Virus record (IMG/VR): IMGVR_UViG_3300009774_000008
Coordinates: 553-64,552 of that record
Direction: 5' to 3' (one strand)
DNA length: 64,000 nt
Origin: a virus
Taxonomy: Duplodnaviria > Caudoviricetes
Shown here: positions 58,498 to 64,000 of the stretch, one piece after another
Layout of the letters: each line of letters opens with the position of its first letter
Position numbering within the stretch: position 1 is the first letter of the stretch
Made by a program: the position numbers and the translations under genes
Notes under the pieces: model-generated
Told to the model about the DNA's origin: nothing
What the model saw: only the letters and a program-made list of their open reading frames with translations
Databases searched by the model: none

Positions 58498-59110
58498 TTG
58501 ATTTCAGCCTCCTTGTAATGTGTTTTCTTCCTTTGTCTCTAGTTGCTACTACTAGCTTACTGTACTTCCTAACTGCCTCCTGTTCTGCTGGTGTTAACAT
58601 CTTAATGACGCTTGCCGAAGGTGATTCTTTTCTATTTAATAGATTATAAGAATGTTGAAGCTTATCCATCGACTTATAATCTATATGAACATCGTAGTTT
58701 AAGCTTAACAAGTCCACATCACAATCGGGTATATGAAAATTAGGCTTATTAAGCATTGAAGACATAATAACCTGAGCCGCATTTCTTGAATACATATCCA
58801 GCTTATTATGCTTTAGAGTACAAGAATTAATAAGCCCCTTAGCTATTAGCAAATAAATAAAAGAGCGATTGTCATCAAGTGTCTCATTTAGTACTTGAAC
58901 ATAATCTGACCTAGTTATACCTAAATTTCTAGCCACGATAGGGTTGGCCACAATTAGTTCTATGCAGTGATTACAAACCGAGCCTGAATGCCTGCCCCCC
59001 TTAGGGTCAACTCTAATACTAGCTCCGTACTGATTAGCATAGTTTTCAATCTCACGAGCAAAAGTAAACATTCCTAATTTAGGAAGTCCAATAAATGTTA
59101 TTGTATGCAT
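58463..59110 (-). CDS. hypothetical protein
   Basis: 215 aa ORF in operon. Confidence 0.55.
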   Translation of the reverse strand: MHTITFIGLPKLGMFTFAREIENYANQYGASIRVDPKGGRHSGSVCNHCIELIVANPIVARNLGITRSDYVQVLNETLDDNRSFIYLLIAKGLINSCTLKHNKLDMYSRNAAQVIMSSMLNKPNFHIPDCDVDLLSLNYDVHIDYKSMDKLQHSYNLLNRKESPSASVIKMLTPAEQEAVRKYSKLVVATRDKGRKHITRRLKSNETSGTDKKIQ

Positions 59111-59112
59111 TA

Positions 59113-59679
59113 TTATACCCCCTTAATCTTGCTGGCAATCATATCAGCTGTGTGAGTGTATAGAACATTAGGATACTTTCTAATAGCTCTATCGTAATAC
59201 TCCCAATTGGATTTGTCGTCGTAAGCTCCCATATGCCACCTAATACACAATAATTCTTCCTCTGTTAACTCCATAACCTGAGACATAATTATAACTGACT
59301 TATCTCCATGGCCGGGCATTAATGTGTTTGGGTTGTATGCATATGAATGGGCCCATTTCTGTGTAGCTTCATCGAAGTGGTCTACCTTTTCTGATGGTAT
59401 GTATGATTCTATTTTGCAAGCATCATGAAACATACCAATAACATAAGGCGAACGGTAATTCAGCCAGTTCAAATTCATGGCCTCAGTTAGTTCAACTAAG
59501 GATGAAACTACTGCAAGAGAGTGGTCAAATAATCCGCCCTTATATGCTCCGTGATACTTAGTTGATGCCGGAGCTGTTAAAAATCCGCTGTTTACCATAA
59601 AAGATAAAACTCTTTTGTCCACTTTATCTCCCATAACTTTCATAAACTTTTCTTCTCTGTCGGTATTAATAGTACTCAT
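59113..59679 (-). CDS. HD-domain phosphohydrolase
   Basis: APASTKYHG...GGLFDHS, HDACK, GHGDKS, IRWHMG, HTADM. Confidence 0.9.
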   Translation of the reverse strand: MSTINTDREEKFMKVMGDKVDKRVLSFMVNSGFLTAPASTKYHGAYKGGLFDHSLAVVSSLVELTEAMNLNWLNYRSPYVIGMFHDACKIESYIPSEKVDHFDEATQKWAHSYAYNPNTLMPGHGDKSVIIMSQVMELTEEELLCIRWHMGAYDDKSNWEYYDRAIRKYPNVLYTHTADMIASKIKGV

Positions 59680-60032
59680 TTGTTTTCCTCCTCGATATAT
59701 TGTGTTAGCAATAAGAATGTTCTAGCGTCTATAACATATAAATCTTTGCTGTCGTCTGGGTCGAATCTAAATGCTAAAGCTGAGTACGGTTTGTTCTGCT
59801 CAAATGCTTGCTCTCTTAGCTTGTCCATCCACTCTTTCTTTATGGTGAACCCTGTTTGGAGTTTGGTAGGTGTTTTAGCTTCAATAAAGAATGACTGTGT
59901 GTGAACATCACCTCCCCCAAAAATAGTTCCACCGCTATTACTTTGAACTCTGCCGCCTAAAAATTTAGCTATTTGTTCTTCTTGAAGTTTTGAATAATCC
60001 CTTGTGCTTTTTGTTTTCTGGTTGTTTGTCAC
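59676..60032 (-). CDS. PD-(D/E)XK nuclease / Holliday junction resolvase
   Basis: S..QEEQIAK.LGG...NSG...GDV....IEAKT; GTG start after a GGGGG SD. Confidence 0.75.
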   Translation of the reverse strand: MTNNQKTKSTRDYSKLQEEQIAKFLGGRVQSNSGGTIFGGGDVHTQSFFIEAKTPTKLQTGFTIKKEWMDKLREQAFEQNKPYSALAFRFDPDDSKDLYVIDARTFLLLTQYIEEENK

Positions 60033-60369
60033 TTTTAATATCCCCCATCTTGTGGTTGAGCCATAATAGCCTTTGAGCCCGCCTAACTGTATCTTCGTCC
60101 AAATAAGGTAAATCGAATCCAGTTGCTCCATTGAATCCTTTAAACGCATCTGCATATAATACAGTGCTAGCTATTTCTGGATATTTGTTTTGCAGGTCTG
60201 CTAGTTCATTTGCCCACTCTTGCCACTTCATATCCGATACTATATTAGTATCCATTGCGTAGTATATACAAGAGTGAACCAGAATTTGAAGCCTTCGTTG
60301 CTGTATCTTTTCAAATATCAGAAGATTATCATCCTCCTTTAATTTAGTCCTAGCCTTGACTAACGCCAT
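59965..60369 (-). CDS. stand-alone NAD-dependent DNA ligase N-terminal (domain Ia)-like protein
   Basis: RRLQILVHSCIYY...IVSD..W...ELADLQNKYPE; no adenylation domain. Confidence 0.7.
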   Translation of the reverse strand: MALVKARTKLKEDDNLLIFEKIQQRRLQILVHSCIYYAMDTNIVSDMKWQEWANELADLQNKYPEIASTVLYADAFKGFNGATGFDLPYLDEDTVRRAQRLLWLNHKMGDIKSDKQPENKKHKGLFKTSRRTNS

Positions 60370-60769
60370 GAACCTTAGCCTCCTGTATTGGGGTAACATT
60401 ATTTTGATACCATTGTCTAGACGGTGTGGGCTTTAAACCAAAGGATACCTTAAGTGCCTCATCAACCTGTTCCATTATGTAAGGCTCTAAAAAGTAGATG
60501 CAATTTTCAAGCTCTCCTACGGAAACAGGACCAGCTTGTTCCGTCATCGCAGTATTGATTTCTCCATTTAGAGTAAACAGAACGTGAGTAGGCATATTTC
60601 TCTTGACGGCTGTGGTACAGGGTACTACAAGCAAAACAGATGAAGTATCGTTGCATACATTATTGCTGACGATAACTACTGGTCTAGAACCCGCCTGAAT
60701 GTGACCAGCTGCACGTGTTTTAGGATTACGATACCAAATTTGACCTCTTTTAAATTCAACTCCACTCAT
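60350..60769 (-). CDS. MazF/PemK-family endoribonuclease
   Basis: KRGQIWY, GHIQAGSRPVVIVSNN..N, VVPCTT, PTHV, EQ, VDEALKVSFGL. Confidence 0.85.
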   Translation of the reverse strand: MSGVEFKRGQIWYRNPKTRAAGHIQAGSRPVVIVSNNVCNDTSSVLLVVPCTTAVKRNMPTHVLFTLNGEINTAMTEQAGPVSVGELENCIYFLEPYIMEQVDEALKVSFGLKPTPSRQWYQNNVTPIQEAKVHGVSQG

Positions 60770-60770
60770 T

Positions 60771-61373
60771 TTATAAAACCCCCTTGTATTCTTCGATTGC
60801 ACTTTTTACTATCCACCCACTCCATGTAATTTCTGACAATTGAGCCTTTAAACTATCTAATGCTATATTTAGCTCTTTCTCAGAATCAAATGGATTAATG
60901 TGAGCATGGCCTCCGCATTCGGGACCGATGCCGTATAACCTGCTTACGGGATGAGTTAATCTTCTCCCACATCGCATACACGTGGTGGTTGCCATTGGAA
61001 CTACGTGACAATCCATGTATACCATTCCTCGTGTTTCTTTGACTACTTTTCCGAGCATAGTTCTAAAAGGCATTGGTACATTGTTATTCCACTTTTCCTG
61101 AAAATCAAAATCTGGTGATGAAGGCTTTGTCATGTATTGTCTTACGTGAACGATGTATTTATGATTAAGCTGCATACCTGTTTGTGATCCCATATGTTGT
61201 TCGACTGAATTATTCTCCTCTCTTATTCTTTCAGCTAATACTGCTTGTACTACTTTTAAGTTTACACTAACCCGTTCTCCTGCGTGTAGTTTTTTAATTG
61301 CTTCTTCTAAATTAGTAACTTGTTCGCCGTTTAATTCCATTGGCCTTTTTATCTCCCGTAATACCATTTCCAT
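60771..61373 (-). CDS. DUF6011-like Zn-finger protein
   Basis: CMRCGRRLTHPVSRLYGIGPECG. Confidence 0.7.
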   Translation of the reverse strand: MEMVLREIKRPMELNGEQVTNLEEAIKKLHAGERVSVNLKVVQAVLAERIREENNSVEQHMGSQTGMQLNHKYIVHVRQYMTKPSSPDFDFQEKWNNNVPMPFRTMLGKVVKETRGMVYMDCHVVPMATTTCMRCGRRLTHPVSRLYGIGPECGGHAHINPFDSEKELNIALDSLKAQLSEITWSGWIVKSAIEEYKGVL

Positions 61374-61535
61374 GACATACCCTCCTCTTATTTAGCGTAA
61401 TCGCTGCAAAAACTATTTTCTTTTCTGAATATGCAAGTTCTATGCTTGCACGTAGCACAGGACTTTGCTGCTACTACTTCAAATTTCCTTCTTTGAAGTT
61501 CCTCCAAAAGCTGTGTTACTGTATATTGTTTTAAA

Positions 61536-61883
61536 CTATCCACAATGTATCTCCCCTCCTATAACGGATTTAATTTTTCTTAACTGGTCTAAGGACAAGT
61601 TTATTTTACCGTACTCTCGGATTATCTTTCTTATGTCATTAGATAATATATCATGTTCTTGTTTATCTTCGATTTCTTGTCGGCTAAAATATAAATAATA
61701 ATCAGCTGCGTAATCTGTTATTTGGTCAAAATCCACTTTATTAAATTTATAAGTTAGGCTACCGTCCAATGTTACTGTTATACATTTTGAGCCTAATGAT
61801 GTTATTACACCTTCTCTAATTTCTGTATTGTATCTCGAGGTATTAACCCCAGGAGATAAATATACTGTTTGGCCTTTATTCAT
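61536..61883 (-). CDS. hypothetical protein
   Basis: GAGGGG SD before MNKGQTVY. Confidence 0.6.
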   Translation of the reverse strand: MNKGQTVYLSPGVNTSRYNTEIREGVITSLGSKCITVTLDGSLTYKFNKVDFDQITDYAADYYLYFSRQEIEDKQEHDILSNDIRKIIREYGKINLSLDQLRKIKSVIGGEIHCG

Positions 61884-62082
61884 CTTTTTTCCCCTCTCCC
61901 GCATACCATTTGGACATTTTATCGAACTTGTCAGCAAATTCGTTAAATCCCATTTCTTTTAACATTTCTATTATTAAATCGTCCGCATCTTTATGGGAAT
62001 ATTCTTCGTCATAAAAATTAGTATCTAATTTTAATAATATTTCGTCTAGTTTTTTAATGTACTTTTGCTTTATATCTTCCAT
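61876..62082 (-). CDS. small hypothetical phage protein
   Basis: DEEYSHKDADDL...KWYA. Confidence 0.65.
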   Translation of the reverse strand: MEDIKQKYIKKLDEILLKLDTNFYDEEYSHKDADDLIIEMLKEMGFNEFADKFDKMSKWYAGEGKKDE

Positions 62083-62228
62083 TTTTTTTGTCTCCTACTC
62101 ACTATTTATCCAGAGCTCCTAGTCAATCATTTATTTTGGAATGACTAGGAATTACCCTAGAATTATGAATTCACACGACACACCCTCCATTCTAAAAAAT
62201 AATACTGTAAGAAGTAACTCACAGTATT

Positions 62229-62257
62229 ATTGTACTACATACGATTCATATTGTAAA
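62229..62257 (-). promoter_or_regulatory. sigmaA-type promoter with TATGTAGTACAAT
   Basis: TTTACA-17 nt-TACAAT. Confidence 0.7.
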
Positions 62258-62275
62258 GGAATTACTTTACAAAAG

Positions 62276-63310
62276 TCAAGAAATTTTAGTAAGTACTTGC
62301 TCGGTTATGTCCGCAAGCCATTCTTCATTTTCTCTTAAAAAATCCCTTAGTTTGGATTTACCTTGAAACTTAAGGTCCTTACCAGATTCGTCTTGGTATA
62401 CTTCGCCAGTTTCCATATCCATGAGAGTATACCAAGAACCACCTAACTTAATTACTTCCTCTTTTACAGCAACGTCTATAGTGTCTGTAATGTAATCCAT
62501 ACCCGACAAGTAAAGCAAGGTGTAGAAACCAATCTTACGGTCCATCTTATTAACCTTTGACTTAACTAGAGCAACTTTAACAAAGTGACCAGCTGGATTT
62601 TCGCATCCTCTAGTTAAAGGAGTTCCATTAAGGTCTATATAATCGCTTTTGGTGAAAGCTAACCTTACGGAACAATTATGTCTCCATGCTCTTCCGCCAG
62701 TAGTAATAGTTCCACCATATGTGCTATTCATGTCTTCCCTAAGCTGATTAATACCAATTAGCAAACACTTAGTCCGAGCACATATTGGAATCATTTCCCT
62801 GCTAAATAAAGTGAGTGACATACTTATTCCGCCGTATGTTTTATCCTCTAATGTCTTGGAATACGCTTGAGCCGATACCATTGCAGCAAGTGAGTCAATA
62901 ACGCACACGGATACTTCTCCGGTTTGAATTAAGCTCTTTGCCATTTCAAATATCTGCTCAGCTGTTTGTGCATCGGGTGTTATTAAAACCAATGCTTGTA
63001 CGTCAACACCTAAATTAGTTGCCCATTCAGCATCGAAAGTACGCTCTACATCAATGTATACACATTTCTTATCTGGAAACATTTTCTGAGCACTTCCTAC
63101 AATATCAAGAGCAGTGGTAGTTTTACCCCCACCCTCTTCTCCTGCAAACTCAACGAGACGACCCTGGGGTAATCCACCATAAGTCATATAGTTGAGTCGA
63201 GGGGACCGAAAGTTAACTCTCGGAACCTTTTCAAAAACTACACCTGAATTAGCTATACTAGATTTGAATTTCTTATTTATATCCTTCATTACTTCATCTA
63301 AATTTGCCAT
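62276..63310 (-). CDS. recA: RecA recombinase
   Basis: GGLPQGR, GEEGGGKTT, VIDSLAAM, INQLRE, TTGGRA, GGSWY. Confidence 0.93.
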   Translation of the reverse strand: MANLDEVMKDINKKFKSSIANSGVVFEKVPRVNFRSPRLNYMTYGGLPQGRLVEFAGEEGGGKTTTALDIVGSAQKMFPDKKCVYIDVERTFDAEWATNLGVDVQALVLITPDAQTAEQIFEMAKSLIQTGEVSVCVIDSLAAMVSAQAYSKTLEDKTYGGISMSLTLFSREMIPICARTKCLLIGINQLREDMNSTYGGTITTGGRAWRHNCSVRLAFTKSDYIDLNGTPLTRGCENPAGHFVKVALVKSKVNKMDRKIGFYTLLYLSGMDYITDTIDVAVKEEVIKLGGSWYTLMDMETGEVYQDESGKDLKFQGKSKLRDFLRENEEWLADITEQVLTKIS

Positions 63311-63465
63311 AGACCCTACCCCCTATTCTTTGGAAAGAATATTTTGAGATTATTGTAGCAAGTATCACATATTGTAACTATAATACCCTCCTCGTTAATC
63401 GCATAATGTTCAACATTATCTATCGGATTGGTGCAAACTAAACACTGATTCTCTTTTGGCATAAA

Positions 63466-63801
63466 TTAAACCTCCTCTAAATTATTTTGGAGTCTACTTT
63501 TATCGTAATTGCTGTAAATCTTTAATACAAAAACATGAAATACTATAGAACCATCTTGCAGCTTAACCGTGCTAATAAAATTATAGCCTTTAACATCATC
63601 CGAACAGTGACCAGTTCCATGAATTATTATTGAATAATTTTCTACTGCCCGCTCTTCATCGTCGACTAATGCATATAAAGCGACATTTCCCCTTACCTCC
63701 TCCACTGATAATAGCCTGCTGTTTAATGGTAATTGTAAAAATTGTTTATCCTCACCTTTTAGTTCATACTTAAAAATTCTTTTCATAAATTTACCCTCCA
63801 T
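63466..63801 (-). CDS. hypothetical phage protein
   Basis: IFKYEL, GTGH, ISTV....VFHVF. Confidence 0.65.
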   Translation of the reverse strand: MEGKFMKRIFKYELKGEDKQFLQLPLNSRLLSVEEVRGNVALYALVDDEERAVENYSIIIHGTGHCSDDVKGYNFISTVKLQDGSIVFHVFVLKIYSNYDKSRLQNNLEEV

Positions 63802-64000
63802 CTATTGCGCATTTTACTGATCAGTTGTTCTTTCTTTCAATTTTCATCCTTTTTCTCCTTCCCTCACTTTAAACGGTGGGGGGGGGGGGGTTTTTTTTTT
63901 TTTTAAAATTTCAACAAATTTAATTTTTTTTTTTTTTAAACAAAATGGAAAAATATATTTTTAAATTTTAAACCAAAAAGGAAAAGATTTAAAAAATTTA

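Noticed and set aside
59676-60399. 190-nt overlap between the ligase-like and resolvase ORFs as a frameshift or split ligase
   Set aside because: A GTG start with SD at 60032 explains the resolvase independently, and no ligase catalytic domain follows
63870-64000. Poly-G, poly-T and A/T-rich tail
   Set aside because: Low-complexity run typical of a read or contig-end artefact; not interpreted as biology

Overview
The window is most of a tailed dsDNA phage genome (roughly 35% GC by eye, Firmicutes-type SD sites and sigmaA promoters, probably a spore-forming Bacillota/Clostridia host). No integrase or repressor was seen. Almost all genes are on the minus strand. They include a replication/recombination set resembling Streptococcus phage Dp-1 (family A polymerase, beta clamp, DnaX/delta/delta' clamp loader, primase, DnaB, DnaC-like loader, initiator with iterons, RecA, resolvases) and a complete 7-deazaguanine DNA-modification cluster (dpdA, queF, queC, queD, queE, folE; predicted dPreQ1), with a preQ1-riboswitch-like pseudoknot candidate in front of queF. 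There is also a lysis cassette and a PBSX/phiCD119-type contractile-tail morphogenesis module. Between terL and terS lie a ~2.1 kb non-coding region and a plus-strand block of small early-type genes (45.4-53.0 kb). The most striking feature is in this block: nine different 24-36 bp long-range inverted repeats, mostly abutting head to tail, each enclose one to three complete genes. Their mismatches are mainly G.U wobbles on the plus strand. The polycistronic transcript is therefore predicted to fold into a chain of gene-in-loop stems, which may be an undescribed RNA processing/regulatory architecture. All annotation is from motif recognition by eye; no database searches or folding programs were run.
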